In this document: positions 49,742 through 60,439 of the stretch, piece after piece | Position numbering within the stretch: the stretch's first letter is position 1 | Layout of the letters: each line of letters opens with the position of its first letter | NCBI GenBank assembly: GCA_963668315.1 | Contig: OY764216.1 | Location: 4,608,001-4,672,000, forward strand | From: Spirochaetia bacterium | GTDB taxonomy: Bacteria > Spirochaetota > Spirochaetia > DSM-2461 | Direction: 5' to 3' | DNA: 64,000 nucleotides | Translations under genes and position numbers: made by a program | Notes under the pieces: model-generated | What the model was told of the DNA's origin: nothing | What the model saw: only the letters and a program-made list of their open reading frames with translations | Database searches by the model: none

Positions 49742-50431
49742 TTGAGAATGAAATATATGATTACACTGTTAGCGGTCTTTTTCGCAGTGCTGCCTCTGGC
49801 TGCCCAGAGTGACGGAATGACCGTTGAAGAGGCCTATCTTCAAAGCGCCAAGAAAGTACAGAGACTAAAAACTCTGGCCGGTCAGGAAGACAGGGATGCC
49901 AAACTGATGGCTCTGCAGGATATCGAGCGTCTTATTGAAGACGGAGTGGGCGGCAATGAGGAAGCCGTCATTGAGATTCTGACGGACATGGGCCGCGAAG
50001 GTACGGGACGCATCTACATGGAACAGGGAACGATGAAAAACAACTTTCCCGAAGTAAGAAGAAAGTCCGTGGAACTTCTCGGCGAGATCGGCGGTGAAGA
50101 GTCCCGCCGGGCCATCACCGACATACTCGGCCAGGAAAACGAACCCATGGTTATGTCCGAAGCCGTTGTCGCTCTGGCCAAGATCGGCCCCGATGAGGAC
50201 GGCATCACTCTGCAGGTTATGGCAAACGCCATGAACAGCCAGACGGCCCTGAACCGCGACAACAATTTCGCCTACGCCTATCTGACCTCCATAGAGATCA
50301 TGAGCGAAAACGGTTATGAGCTGACCGACGAGTATCTCATCGCCGAGCTTGTGAAGCTGTTTGATATGAGAAACGGCTACAACACGGTTGTCAGAAAGAA
50401 AGCAATGGAAGTATTCAGGAATCTGCAGTAA
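49742..50431 (+). CDS. Exported HEAT-repeat protein
   Basis: PEVRRKSVELLGEIG, EPMVMSEAVVALAKIG. Confidence 0.75.
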   Translation: MRMKYMITLLAVFFAVLPLAAQSDGMTVEEAYLQSAKKVQRLKTLAGQEDRDAKLMALQDIERLIEDGVGGNEEAVIEILTDMGREGTGRIYMEQGTMKNNFPEVRRKSVELLGEIGGEESRRAITDILGQENEPMVMSEAVVALAKIGPDEDGITLQVMANAMNSQTALNRDNNFAYAYLTSIEIMSENGYELTDEYLIAELVKLFDMRNGYNTVVRKKAMEVFRNLQ

Positions 50432-50463
50432 ACAGATTAAAGGTGTAACCATTAAAATACAAA

Positions 50464-50490
50464 GCCGGCCTCACAGGGCCGGTTTTTTTT
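50464..50490 (+). terminator. Intrinsic terminator
   Basis: CCGGCC-TCACAG-GGCCGG followed by a T run. Confidence 0.65.
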
Positions 50491-50598
50491 CGGCCCGAGT
50501 CCTTTCCCGCACGGGGGGCTTATACCGGTCACCGCACCTGGGGATACCCAAAAAAAGACCGCCCATGACAGGCGGCCCCTTTTCTTAACGAAAGAACA

Positions 50599-51042
50599 TC
50601 ACTTTCTCTGAAAATCCACGTCCTGACGCATTTTCAAACGCCATTCCTCACGGTTATCCAGCTGCTCATAAGCGACTTTTCGAATAATGACCAGTTTCCC
50701 CTTTTGGTACTCCTCATCATTCACCACTCCGAAATCCCCCTTTCCCAGATAGATCAGAGTCTCCCCTTCCTGGAGATTCTCCTTCTCCTTAATCCGGGAT
50801 AGGACGCAGTCAAAGTGGGCCGGAACCCCCTCTCCCATCAGAGAAAGGGCCGATGTGATATCCTTGATAGGTTCGCCACAGACGGGGCAGTCGGCAACTT
50901 CCCGAACCAGAGGCTTGAGGGCGATCCCCGGTCTGGGCGCCTTGACAGGCTTCTGATCTCCCTTCTTATTTTTCTGGCCTCCGCTGCGGTTCGGGGTTTT
51001 CTTATTCTTGTTCCAACGCCGCGATCTGTTATTTGAACTCAT
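50599..51042 (-). CDS. Hypothetical protein with Zn-ribbon-like motif
   Basis: CPVCGEPI...PAHFDCV...YLGKGDFG. Confidence 0.7.
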   Translation of the reverse strand: MSSNNRSRRWNKNKKTPNRSGGQKNKKGDQKPVKAPRPGIALKPLVREVADCPVCGEPIKDITSALSLMGEGVPAHFDCVLSRIKEKENLQEGETLIYLGKGDFGVVNDEEYQKGKLVIIRKVAYEQLDNREEWRLKMRQDVDFQRK

Positions 51043-51241
51043 ACTTCTCCTCGTTCAAGTGGACAATTTCATTTGTCAGTTTAACTGCGATCCTCTGTAC
51101 AGCCTGATTGAGGTATGTTCTGTCATTTATCATGTTCTTCAACTCCTCAAGCCGTTTCGGATCGGTCTCTTTTGCAATTCTTACCATTCGGAGCTCCTTC
51201 TCCCTTTGGCGCCTTTCGGCTCCTAGAATGCATTTTCCCAA
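51029..51241 (-). CDS. Small hypothetical protein (start uncertain)
   Basis: LEELKNMINDRTYLNQAVQRIA; operon context. Confidence 0.55.
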   Translation of the reverse strand: MGKCILGAERRQREKELRMVRIAKETDPKRLEELKNMINDRTYLNQAVQRIAVKLTNEIVHLNEEKYEFK

Positions 51242-51570
51242 TGATCCAGCTTATCCATCCTCCCTGACAGATAAATCAGATCGAATCTCGCTCTGCAGGA
51301 TTTTAACTCACTGTTTCCCAGAAGATAATACTCCGCAGACCTCCTTATCCGTTTTCGTTTTTTCCCGTCGACGGCATACTGTAAGTCCTCCGCTGTGAAT
51401 ACTTCCCAGCTTTTGACTTCCACGAATACCACAAGATTACCTTTTCTGACGATAATGTCAATCTCCCCGGCGGGGCAAATGTAATTACGCGCCAGAAGAC
51501 TGTAACCCTGTTCCCGTAGGTACTCGGCCGCCTTCTCTTCTCCTTTCCGTCCTTTCAGGTAATTAAGCAT
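51223..51570 (-). CDS. yraN: YraN-family putative endonuclease
   Basis: GEEKAAEYL, GEIDII, FVEVK, RFD. Confidence 0.9.
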   Translation of the reverse strand: MLNYLKGRKGEEKAAEYLREQGYSLLARNYICPAGEIDIIVRKGNLVVFVEVKSWEVFTAEDLQYAVDGKKRKRIRRSAEYYLLGNSELKSCRARFDLIYLSGRMDKLDHWENAF

Positions 51571-52703
51571 TACTTGTGAAGGGACAGAAGATCCTTTATA
51601 TCCAAAGCCCTGGTGATAAACAGGGATTTGTTCTCCAGTAAATTAATGGTCGGCCCCGTGTCTCCCCGGTATTCCGTACCCTCCGCATCGATGAGCAGAA
51701 TAATCTCAGGCCGCAGGGGCGCCTCTTTATTAACGCCGATGACCCGGGCTATACTGGAATCGCTCATCATAACCAGACTTCCCAGGGGGTAAATTCCCAT
51801 ACTGCGGATAAATATCTTCAGAATATCCGGATCGAACCTCCGGCAGTTATCGCTGAGAATATTCTTCATGGCCTCATAGCCTACCATGGAATTCCGGTAG
51901 GGCCTCTCGCTGATCATGGCCTCGTAGGCATCGGCTATGGAGGTAATGCGTGAGAGGTAGTTGATCTCGTCTCCCTTCAGAGCCTGGGGATATCCCTCCC
52001 CGTCCCATCTTTCATGATGCTGCAGGGCTATCTGGGCGATATCGTCCGAAAGCCCCAGATCTCCCGTTATAATCTGATAGGAGTAAAGCGGATGGGAGCG
52101 CATGACCTGAAGCTCTTCCTTCTCCAGCTGGCCGTCCTTTGACTTGATGTTCTCCGGCACCCTGAGCATTCCCACATCGTGAAGAAGAGCCCCGTCGGCC
52201 AGCTCCATGAGGGTATCATCGTCCAGTCCCAGGGAGATTCCTATGTTCAGGGCCATGATGGCGGAGTTAAAGGCACTCTTGGCCGATTCCAGATTGGAGG
52301 AGTTGTTGCACAAAATCAGCCTGACCGATTCGAACTGCTTCTCCTTCACCCGGGAAACGATCTCCCCGGACAAAGCGTCCAGTTCATCGCGGGTGATATT
52401 TTCCATACGGCTGATTTTTTCCATCAGTCCGTTCAGTTTTTCCACCGTATTGGAGTAGAACTCAAAGAGCTCCGTATCGGAAGGAACGCCCCACATCTGC
52501 TGGGAATCGGGCTGAAAAAGAGGGGGAAGCGAACGAATATGGCCTTCCGTCTCCACCTGGGTAATTCCCCATTTCCTCAGACGTTCTATATCCTTCTGTT
52601 TGATTTTTATTCCGGCGGGGACAAAAAGACTGTTGCCTTCGAGAAAAACGGGCTGATCGAATTCCATGCCCGGTTCAAGATCATCTACTTGCAATATATT
52701 CAT
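51570..52703 (-). CDS. HD-GYP phosphodiesterase
   Basis: LHDVGM, HHERWDGEGYP, IADAYEAM, YPLGS. Confidence 0.9.
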   Translation of the reverse strand: MNILQVDDLEPGMEFDQPVFLEGNSLFVPAGIKIKQKDIERLRKWGITQVETEGHIRSLPPLFQPDSQQMWGVPSDTELFEFYSNTVEKLNGLMEKISRMENITRDELDALSGEIVSRVKEKQFESVRLILCNNSSNLESAKSAFNSAIMALNIGISLGLDDDTLMELADGALLHDVGMLRVPENIKSKDGQLEKEELQVMRSHPLYSYQIITGDLGLSDDIAQIALQHHERWDGEGYPQALKGDEINYLSRITSIADAYEAMISERPYRNSMVGYEAMKNILSDNCRRFDPDILKIFIRSMGIYPLGSLVMMSDSSIARVIGVNKEAPLRPEIILLIDAEGTEYRGDTGPTINLLENKSLFITRALDIKDLLSLHK

Positions 52704-52963
52704 CCCTTATCCTCCAGAGAATACACAAAACTAAGGATCTCGGCGGTTATCCCGTAATACTCCTCGGGAATTTCCCGTCCTAACTCCACAGTATACAGAC
52801 TTTCCGCCAGAGCGGGAATATCCATAACGGGAATCCCTTCTTCCCGGGCTTTCGCTTCGATCCTGTCGGCCCTATGACCCTGTCCCTTTGCCGTAACGAC
52901 GGGGGCGTTATGCAGCTCTTTTTTATATTCAAGGGCTACCGCCTTGTTTCTGCCTTCTTTCAT
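52700..52963 (-). CDS. FlhB C-terminal-like (EscU/YscU) protein
   Basis: KAVALEY...APVVTAKG...EIPEEYY..TAEILSFVY. Confidence 0.88.
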   Translation of the reverse strand: MKEGRNKAVALEYKKELHNAPVVTAKGQGHRADRIEAKAREEGIPVMDIPALAESLYTVELGREIPEEYYGITAEILSFVYSLEDKG

Positions 52964-53745
52964 AGGACGATGTCAACCATATGGTCCGGTTCTCTATTAC
53001 CAGTATCGGAAAAAAAAGAATCCTCCTGTAAGATTTTCATTCTCTTTTCCACGGAAATTCCATATCCCGCCATATTCCTCCGGAATTCCTCCCATGAAGC
53101 GGGCGGATCGCCGATCAGCCCTTCGTCATCGGTATAGACTTCCATCAGCCCCTGAGCGTCTCTTTTTCTTCTGAGAAGGAACTCCCAGGATCGCCCGCCC
53201 TTCTGAAGAGAGAGGGACATGCCGTCCTCCCTTTCCCCGTCCAGAGAAAGAAGGACAGCTCCCCTCCCTCCTTTCCGGCGGAAGAGACGGAGATAAACCT
53301 CTTCCCCGACAAGGGGGAGAGTCTGATTTTCCCGGTTCCCCGGAAGAAGGTCCTCCCCTTCTCCCCTGGCGGCCGGATCAAGACTCTTTTCCCTGACCAG
53401 AAGCCATAAATCCCGCCACTCTGCCCGGGAAAGCCGAATGCCTCTCTTCTCAAGGAGCAGATGAAGCATCAGGGCCTGCTTTCTCTCCTCCGGGGGCAGT
53501 TGGGCCATCCGGTCAAGAATCTCTCCCCCGTCCATACGGGCTTCCAGCTTAAGGAGATCCCCCATCAGCCTCACAAGGGGTGATGAAAGAATGGGACTGT
53601 TCCGGAAAACCGCGGGAGCGGCATTGGGGACGGAAGATCCCTTGCGGTCAGGACTCCTTCCGCTTCCGGCAGAACGGCTGTGCGCTGCCTTCTCGCCCCG
53701 GGGAAGAGGGCCGGCTCCTTTGCCGCCTGAAGAGGGGATCTTCAA
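52960..53745 (-). CDS. Hypothetical protein
   Basis: Overlap-coupled in the operon; no motif recognised. Confidence 0.55.
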   Translation of the reverse strand: MKIPSSGGKGAGPLPRGEKAAHSRSAGSGRSPDRKGSSVPNAAPAVFRNSPILSSPLVRLMGDLLKLEARMDGGEILDRMAQLPPEERKQALMLHLLLEKRGIRLSRAEWRDLWLLVREKSLDPAARGEGEDLLPGNRENQTLPLVGEEVYLRLFRRKGGRGAVLLSLDGEREDGMSLSLQKGGRSWEFLLRRKRDAQGLMEVYTDDEGLIGDPPASWEEFRRNMAGYGISVEKRMKILQEDSFFSDTGNREPDHMVDIVL

Positions 53746-54593
53746 AACCGGACAACCCCGGAGGAGGGATCGTATAACTCGAAAACGAAGCCCTTCTCCC
53801 TTAACTCATCGATCAGCCGGGGAAGGGCTTCCAGAAGAACCTCCCGGTCTCCCCTGTCATGGAGCAGAACGGTGGAAGAGTGCTTCCAGAGGATCTGCCT
53901 TTCCAGGGAGCCGATCAGTTCGTCGGCATCATGGCTGTTATCGGTGACGTTCCAGTCCATATAGATATACCCGCGCCGTGTTATCCTGTCCTTCAGGTCC
54001 GCCATAAGAAGGGCCCCTTCCTCCTCGCTGCAGAGAGAGTTCCGCGATCCTCCGGGAAAGCGGACGAACATGGACCGGGTTCCCGTTACCTTCCAGATAA
54101 GCTCTTCGTTTCGGTTGAAATCCTCCATAAAGGATTCTCCGGAACGGTAAATAACGGAGTAGTCATGGGAATAGGTATGATTTCCGATGATATGCCCTTC
54201 CCCCACGGCCCTTCGGAGGAGCTCCTCCCGGGAAGAGGTCACATTGACCCCGTTAATAAAAAAGAGAGCCCGGACGTTTTTATCCTTGAGAATATCCAGG
54301 AGGTCTTCCGTTATGGCTGAAGGGCCGTCGTCAAAGGTCAGCATCACCCGGGGAGAATCATCCGAGCTCAGTGACCTGACCTCTTCCATGAGATCAAGAT
54401 TGCGTTCGGAATCCTTTCGTATCCGGTTTTCCGCCAGGGCCAGCTCCTCGCGGGACTGAAAAAGCCTCTCCTCTTCCCTTCTGAGCCGGTTGTTCTGTCC
54501 GGCGAGCAGAGCCGCGGAGAGGGACGTGAAGAAGAGAAAACACAGGGCTAGAAGAAGATAAATCCTTTTTCTCATGTAAATATAATGGGACAA
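53742..54593 (-). CDS. Polysaccharide deacetylase (NodB)
   Basis: LTFDDGP, GNHTYSH, RFPGGS, VLLHD. Confidence 0.92.
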   Translation of the reverse strand: MSHYIYMRKRIYLLLALCFLFFTSLSAALLAGQNNRLRREEERLFQSREELALAENRIRKDSERNLDLMEEVRSLSSDDSPRVMLTFDDGPSAITEDLLDILKDKNVRALFFINGVNVTSSREELLRRAVGEGHIIGNHTYSHDYSVIYRSGESFMEDFNRNEELIWKVTGTRSMFVRFPGGSRNSLCSEEEGALLMADLKDRITRRGYIYMDWNVTDNSHDADELIGSLERQILWKHSSTVLLHDRGDREVLLEALPRLIDELREKGFVFELYDPSSGVVRF

Positions 54594-55342
54594 AGAAGAA
54601 GGAGGGTCAAGAGAATAAGAATCATTCCGTCCCGGAACCGGAAATGCAGAGGTTCAAGCCAGGTCCGTTCCCCCGGATGATCGAGACCGCGGTTAATCAG
54701 GGCAAAGGAGAGCTGTTCGCTGTCCCTCAGTGCCGAAACGATAACCGCCGTGAGCAGGGGAATCAGGTTTCCCAGCCTTTCGAAGAACCGCCCGTTCTCC
54801 AGTTCCATTCCCCTGGCCTGCTGAGCCTGGCGGATCTTCTGCCACCGGTCGGTAAAATCGGGGACGGACTGCAGCGCCAGGACAGCGGTAAAAGCCCAGT
54901 GGTAGGGAAACCCCATGGTCACAAGGGAGTGGATGAATGCCGACTGGCTGACCGCGGCAAGAGGATAGTAGCAGAGAAAGACAATAACGCAGAGGCGTAG
55001 GACCATAAGGGCGCTTGAGGAGAGGTTGTCGGTGCCCAGCCGGATAAAGCGCCAGGCGAAAAATGTACCCTCCCGGGAGGGAGAGAAGAGAGGCCAGAGA
55101 ATCAGTATGAACAGAACAAGGGGAAGAAGTTTCTTCCAGACGGAGGGAAGAACCCTTGCGCCGCCGGAGAGAGGAAGAAAGAGAAGATGGACGGCCAGAA
55201 GCATAACCAGGAGCCACAGGGGGCTGCGGTAGAAAAAAAGCGCCCCCAGTGCCAGCAGAACGCCGATGATGCGGGTTCGGGGATCAATCATGCCTTTTCT
55301 CCCCGCCCAGACGGATTTCTCTGTCCGCCAGGGTCTCAACAA
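54572..55342 (-). CDS. ECF transporter T component
   Basis: IDPRTRI, QAQQARG, ALINRG; true start probably the downstream Met. Confidence 0.85.
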   Translation of the reverse strand: MLRPWRTEKSVWAGRKGMIDPRTRIIGVLLALGALFFYRSPLWLLVMLLAVHLLFLPLSGGARVLPSVWKKLLPLVLFILILWPLFSPSREGTFFAWRFIRLGTDNLSSSALMVLRLCVIVFLCYYPLAAVSQSAFIHSLVTMGFPYHWAFTAVLALQSVPDFTDRWQKIRQAQQARGMELENGRFFERLGNLIPLLTAVIVSALRDSEQLSFALINRGLDHPGERTWLEPLHFRFRDGMILILLTLLLLCPIIFT

Positions 55343-56693
55343 GAGCCGGATTATGGCTGATCAGAAGAAAGCCCTTCCCCCGGGCAGTTCCTTCCCTCAC
55401 ATAGCGGACAATCCCTTCCAGGCCCGACCGGTCCTGTCCCCAGTCCGGTTCGTCAAGAATGACAAAGGGTGTGTCCCGGGCGTATACCGAGGCCAGGGCG
55501 ACCCGTTTTCTCAAGGCGAAGCTTAGAAGAGCCGGAGGCAGATCCCCGTAGCCGGTCAGACCGAATTCGGCCAGAACACCGCTGATAGTCTCCTCATCCG
55601 GATCCAGCCCGAAGGAGATCTCCTCCCTCACCGTGGAATTGAAGAGCTGGTAATCGGGATTCTGAAAAAGATACCCCAGACAGGAGGACCGCCCGGCGAT
55701 GGAAAGTCCCGTAAGATCCTTCTCTCCGAACTTCAGGGCCCCTCTCTGCATGGGCAAAAGTCCCATCATCAGGGAGGCCAGGGTCGTCTTCCCCGACCCG
55801 TTGGCGCCGGTGAGACATACCGTCCTGCCCGGTTCAAGGGTCAGGGAAAAATTCTCGAAAAGAGTCGGATACCCGGGATAGGCGAACCGGACATTCTCCA
55901 GGACAAGAGAAGGATGTTCCGGTGGATTAAAGGCTTTCTTTGAGCCGCCGCTATTTCCCGAAAAGCTGAAAGGGGAAGGACTATTCACTTCGGACAGCCC
56001 TCCCCTCTCCATGCGGAAGAGGCGGGAGGCTCCGTATTCGCTCCTGTCCCTTTCTTTCTCGGCCAGGACGATGGTTTTTCCCTGTTCCCGGTTTAGCCTG
56101 AGAAGAAGGGCCTGTATCTCCCGGGCTCCCTCGGGGTCCAGGGCGGAAAGGGGTTCATCCAGCAGATAGACCGGCGGATCCCAGGCAAGAAGGACAGCCA
56201 GAAGCAGGCGCTGCTTCTCTCCCCCGGAAAGTTCGCGGGGCTTTCTTTCCTCCATCCCGGAAAGACCGACAAAAGCCAGATTCTCTTCTATCCGCTTCTC
56301 CATATCCACTCGGAAGATTCCGCGGTTCTGCAGGGGGAAGGCGACTTCCTCCCTGACGGTGGGCGTGAAAAGCTGGGTATGGGGATTCTGGAAAGCGGCC
56401 CCCGCCGTTTCGGAGAGAACCGAAGGGTTGAGTGTTCTGATTTCCCTTTCCCCTATGAAAAGGGATCCGCCTATTTTCCCGCCGGTCACATGGGGGATCA
56501 TCCCGCACAGGGCCAGCAGCAAAGTGCTTTTCCCGCTGCCCGATTCCCCCGTGATGAGGGCAAAATCACCCTTGTCCAGGGAGAAGCTGATGCGGTCCAG
56601 TGCCCGACGGCTGAAAAAATCCGAAGCCCCGGCCTTTTCCTTCAAATCGCCGGGAACGGGATAGGTGAAGGAAAACTCCTCCGCTCTTATCAC
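55284..56693 (-). CDS. ECF transporter duplicated ATPase
   Basis: GESGSGKST and GANGSGKTT, FQNP x2, LDEP x2. Confidence 0.9.
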   Translation of the reverse strand: MIRAEEFSFTYPVPGDLKEKAGASDFFSRRALDRISFSLDKGDFALITGESGSGKSTLLLALCGMIPHVTGGKIGGSLFIGEREIRTLNPSVLSETAGAAFQNPHTQLFTPTVREEVAFPLQNRGIFRVDMEKRIEENLAFVGLSGMEERKPRELSGGEKQRLLLAVLLAWDPPVYLLDEPLSALDPEGAREIQALLLRLNREQGKTIVLAEKERDRSEYGASRLFRMERGGLSEVNSPSPFSFSGNSGGSKKAFNPPEHPSLVLENVRFAYPGYPTLFENFSLTLEPGRTVCLTGANGSGKTTLASLMMGLLPMQRGALKFGEKDLTGLSIAGRSSCLGYLFQNPDYQLFNSTVREEISFGLDPDEETISGVLAEFGLTGYGDLPPALLSFALRKRVALASVYARDTPFVILDEPDWGQDRSGLEGIVRYVREGTARGKGFLLISHNPALVETLADREIRLGGEKRHD

Positions 56694-57226
56694 TCTTCTT
56701 CCCAGCTGCGGCGGGATGTCATTTCCGTAAGGGGGGGATAGGCCTTTCTTACGGCGTAAACCAGGGGAATCCCGGCGAGCCCTCCGGCGGCGACCTGAAA
56801 ACAGTTTCCCGGGATCTCACTCAGAGCGGGCCCGGCGCCGTACAGAACTGCGGCGGCGGAGAAGTAGCCCCCCACCATGATCACGCCTCCGGCCAGAACT
56901 CCGAGGATATAGGAAACCAGGGTTCCCTTCCGGCCGATGAATCCGGCCAGTAGCCCCTGTAGTCCGTGAATGATGAAAGAGAGAATCATCCAGTGGGGAT
57001 ACCCGCCGATAAGATCGGCCAGCCCCGTCCCCAGTCCGGCGGTCAGTCCGCCCACAAGGGGCCCGAAGGCATAGGCGGAAAAATAGACGGCCACATCGGC
57101 CAGGGTGATATACCCCCTGGTCGGTGCGACGGGAATTCTTACGATAAGGGTGAAAACTATGGTAACGGCCGTCATAAGTGCCACCAGGGCAATCAGGCGT
57201 ATTTTTGATGCGTTATATTTCTCCAT
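56690..57226 (-). CDS. ECF transporter S component
   Basis: IRIPVAPTRGYITLAD...GLGTGLADLIGGY. Confidence 0.88.
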   Translation of the reverse strand: MEKYNASKIRLIALVALMTAVTIVFTLIVRIPVAPTRGYITLADVAVYFSAYAFGPLVGGLTAGLGTGLADLIGGYPHWMILSFIIHGLQGLLAGFIGRKGTLVSYILGVLAGGVIMVGGYFSAAAVLYGAGPALSEIPGNCFQVAAGGLAGIPLVYAVRKAYPPLTEMTSRRSWEEE

Positions 57227-57281
57227 AGGAGCATCATAATTCAGTTAAGCCGTTCCGGTCAATAAGAGGAGGAAAAAGGGG

Positions 57282-58472
57282 TTAATTTTCCAGTATGGTA
57301 ATCTCGACCCGGCGGTTTTTCACCCGCCCCGCCTCGGTCTCATTGGGTGCGATCGGTTCGGCGGCTCCCAGTCCACGGGTCATGATGAGCCTTTCGGGAT
57401 TTTCCATGTTCTCCCGCAGGAAAGCCGCCGTATTGGCCGCTCTCTGCTCGGAAAGGATAACTCCCGCATCCCAGTCGCCCACATCGGCGGCATGACCGGT
57501 AATAAGCAGGTCCCTGTCTCCGTAATAATCCAGTATCTTGGCTATCTCCCGCAGGCGGATCTTCTCCTCTTCCCTGAGCACGGGAGAATCGGGATCAAAG
57601 TGTATGTTATGCAGGGTAATGGTAATCCCCTCGTCCTCCAGGGAGACATCCGTATCTTCCAGTTCAGAGAGAGCTTCGCCCACGTCCGCCGCCGCCTGTT
57701 CCGTCAGATCCTCATGGACCGTATAAACGGCGCTTCTGACACCGTCGTAGATGACTTCCTGCCCGTCGGCCATGTCAAAGATTATGTAGAAATCCTCGGA
57801 AATCTGATAGGGCATACCCTTTTCACGGTCCCAGAGCATGGTTCTCTCTGAACGCCCCCGTACCCGTGCCGGATAGAAGTACCCGGCAATGACTTCGGGG
57901 CTGTTATTGTGAAAGATATCGTAAACCATTTCAAAATGGTCGTAGGTTTCCCCTTCGTACTCCACCTCTCCCAGATAGGTATACTCCACATTTATGGGAA
58001 ATCGTATTTCCATCACATCGTAATTTCGGCTTAAATCATGAACCTCTTCCCCCGTGGCTTTCCAGCTGTCGCCGGGGGAGATATCCCGGTCCTCGAAGAG
58101 GGGAAAATTCCGCATTACCGGACTCAGGTATTTCTTATCAACTTCCATACGGCCCAGGCCGTCCCGTTTGAAGTAGATCGTACTCTGTTCGGAAAGCTCG
58201 AAGATCTGCTGGTTCCCCTGGGCGACCTCCTCCAGGTAGTAAAAATCCCCCCGGTTCTCCGTCCATTCCCCGTCTCCGCCCTCAACTTCGATTGAAACCT
58301 TGCCCGTCACACGGCCGGACTGAAGATAGGCGCCGTTCAGGTAGACATCCTCGGCGGTTACCGACTCAATACTGTATTTATCCCCTTTCTCCAGACCGAA
58401 ACGAAAAGCCTCTCCGTACAATGTCAGGGATAGGAAAAAAAACAGGGGAATAAGAATTTTTGTCAGTTTCAT
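57282..58472 (-). CDS. OmpA-family protein
   Basis: IHFDPDS, ITGH, LSEQRA, NRRVEI. Confidence 0.88.
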   Translation of the reverse strand: MKLTKILIPLFFFLSLTLYGEAFRFGLEKGDKYSIESVTAEDVYLNGAYLQSGRVTGKVSIEVEGGDGEWTENRGDFYYLEEVAQGNQQIFELSEQSTIYFKRDGLGRMEVDKKYLSPVMRNFPLFEDRDISPGDSWKATGEEVHDLSRNYDVMEIRFPINVEYTYLGEVEYEGETYDHFEMVYDIFHNNSPEVIAGYFYPARVRGRSERTMLWDREKGMPYQISEDFYIIFDMADGQEVIYDGVRSAVYTVHEDLTEQAAADVGEALSELEDTDVSLEDEGITITLHNIHFDPDSPVLREEEKIRLREIAKILDYYGDRDLLITGHAADVGDWDAGVILSEQRAANTAAFLRENMENPERLIMTRGLGAAEPIAPNETEAGRVKNRRVEITILEN

Positions 58473-59907
58473 GCTATATTATCGGCATATAAAACATAAG
58501 TTATTAAAAAAGTCGGGAAAAACATGTCAGCACAAAAAACTTTACAACCGCTCATTGATGGGGCAGAATAGACCCATGGGACTTATCGGAATCATAAACA
58601 GAGACAAAGATGTCAAGGCTCTCTTCGATAATCTGCAAGAGACGGATCTGGGAAAGACGTACGATTTCATATACCTCAGGAGCGAAGAGGAGGCGGTTCA
58701 GTTCCTGAACAACGAACTCCCCCACCTTATCGTGGTGAATTTCACCGATCTCCAGCTGGATATTTCGGGTATCATGGAGAGAATCGCCGGGGACCACTGG
58801 CTATATGACTTCGGAATCATCGCTCTCTACCACAGGGACGAGATCAACGAAGAGGATCTGGAGGAGGAGTACGGGGACTACAACATCATTCTGTCCCTGA
58901 CCTACGAACAGATCAATTCCGACCTTATCCCCCCCCTCCGGCTCATAGAAAGAAACTGCCAGCTGGTGCTGCAGAAACCTCTGAGTTCCACCTTGACGGG
59001 AGAGATCTCCGGGTCCTTCATCATAGGAAACAACCTGGACAACCTCTACCTCTACGCCCGGATCCTCATCCACTCCCTGGCCAAAGACGGCCTGATTGAG
59101 TGGTCGCGCACGGAACAGATACAATCCGCCCTCATCGAACTGCTCATCAACGCCATCGAACACGGCAACTGCCGCATCGGTTTCGAAGAGCGGGAAAAAG
59201 CCCGGGAGCGGGGAATCGAAGCCAACGAGCTGGTAGCCATAAAATCCCAGAACACCCTTTACTGCACCCGCAAGGTCACCCTCTCCTGGGAGAAAAGGGA
59301 GGATAAGCTTTACATCAAGATAACCGATCAGGGCGACGGGTTCGACACGACAAAGCTGAATCTGGAACTGGCCAACGATGAGCCCCTTTCCGTCAGCGGC
59401 GGGGGCATAGCCATGGCCAACATGATTGCCGACGATCTCTTCTACAACGAAAAGGGGAACTGCGCCACCATGGTGCTGAACCTGAAGGAAGAGGAGGACC
59501 GCCCCATACCCGAAGGATTCGTCAACGAGGAGGTTCTTGTGGTCAACCCGGGGGACGTGGTCATCCAGGAAGGGACCACCAGCGACTCCCTCTACTATAT
59601 CAGCCGGGGAACCTTCTCTGTATACGCGGGTAATAAAAAGGTGGCCCGCCTGGACGGAAGCGACGTGTTCATGGGGGAGATGGCTTTTCTGATGAACAAC
59701 ACCCGCTCGGCCTCGGTAGTGGCCGACGTGCCGGGCCGTCTGGTCAAGATCACCAGGGAAGCCTTTCTGAACGTGCTGCGCAACTATCCCCACTACGGCA
59801 TCTATCTCTCCCGTCTTCTGGCCCAGCGGCTGGACCGGGCCAATAAGCTGAATTTCCAGCTGAAGAAGGAGCTGGCCGAAAGGGAGGAGGAACCGGCAGC
59901 CCTTTAA
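58471..59907 (+). CDS. HATPase_c (anti-sigma-like) + cyclic-nucleotide-binding domain protein
   Basis: ELLINAIEHGN, DQGDGFD, FYNEKGN; GEMAF...RSASV; true start probably near 58576. Confidence 0.85.
   Translation: MLYYRHIKHKLLKKSGKTCQHKKLYNRSLMGQNRPMGLIGIINRDKDVKALFDNLQETDLGKTYDFIYLRSEEEAVQFLNNELPHLIVVNFTDLQLDISGIMERIAGDHWLYDFGIIALYHRDEINEEDLEEEYGDYNIILSLTYEQINSDLIPPLRLIERNCQLVLQKPLSSTLTGEISGSFIIGNNLDNLYLYARILIHSLAKDGLIEWSRTEQIQSALIELLINAIEHGNCRIGFEEREKARERGIEANELVAIKSQNTLYCTRKVTLSWEKREDKLYIKITDQGDGFDTTKLNLELANDEPLSVSGGGIAMANMIADDLFYNEKGNCATMVLNLKEEEDRPIPEGFVNEEVLVVNPGDVVIQEGTTSDSLYYISRGTFSVYAGNKKVARLDGSDVFMGEMAFLMNNTRSASVVADVPGRLVKITREAFLNVLRNYPHYGIYLSRLLAQRLDRANKLNFQLKKELAEREEEPAAL
59890..59906. 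repeat. 17-bp direct repeat, copy 1
   Basis: GAACCGGCAGCCCTTTA, identical at 61531-61547. Confidence 0.9.
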
Positions 59908-60439
59908 AGGATAACCCGTCCCGAGTTCCGCGCCTCCAGATCTCTGGTGGCCTTACGGATTTCTCCCCTTTCATGGAGCTTCAATAACAGGATAAGAAAT
60001 AAACCGATAAGGGCGGTAATCCCCTGAAAGATACGCCTGAATAGTAAAATCTTGGGAATAAGTTGCCCTGAAGCGGCTGAAATAATCGCCCCTAACGACT
60101 GATAACCGCCTATCTCAGTACTGACCTTGTTCCTGAGCGCCGCATAGGTTCTCTTCATAACGTATTTATGAGCATATCGATTAAAAGGGATGGGAAGTTT
60201 ACCGGTAAGTTCTTCCATAGTTTCGTCAAACCTGCCTGAATACTCTGCCAGTTCACCGGGAGAAATATCTTTTATCCAGGCATAATCAGTATTGTTTTCA
60301 AGAATATCCATAACTTCGGAAGTCCACCGTTCGGTCTGGTCCGTAAGAATATTACCGGCAGTAAAGAGTAGAAGAATTGCCCCAATCGTAACGGCGCCTA
60401 TCAATATTATCCATATATTACTGCCTTTATTCGCCATCA
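59904..60439 (-). CDS. Hypothetical membrane protein
   Basis: MMANKGSNIWIILIG...; TM segments at both ends. Confidence 0.6.
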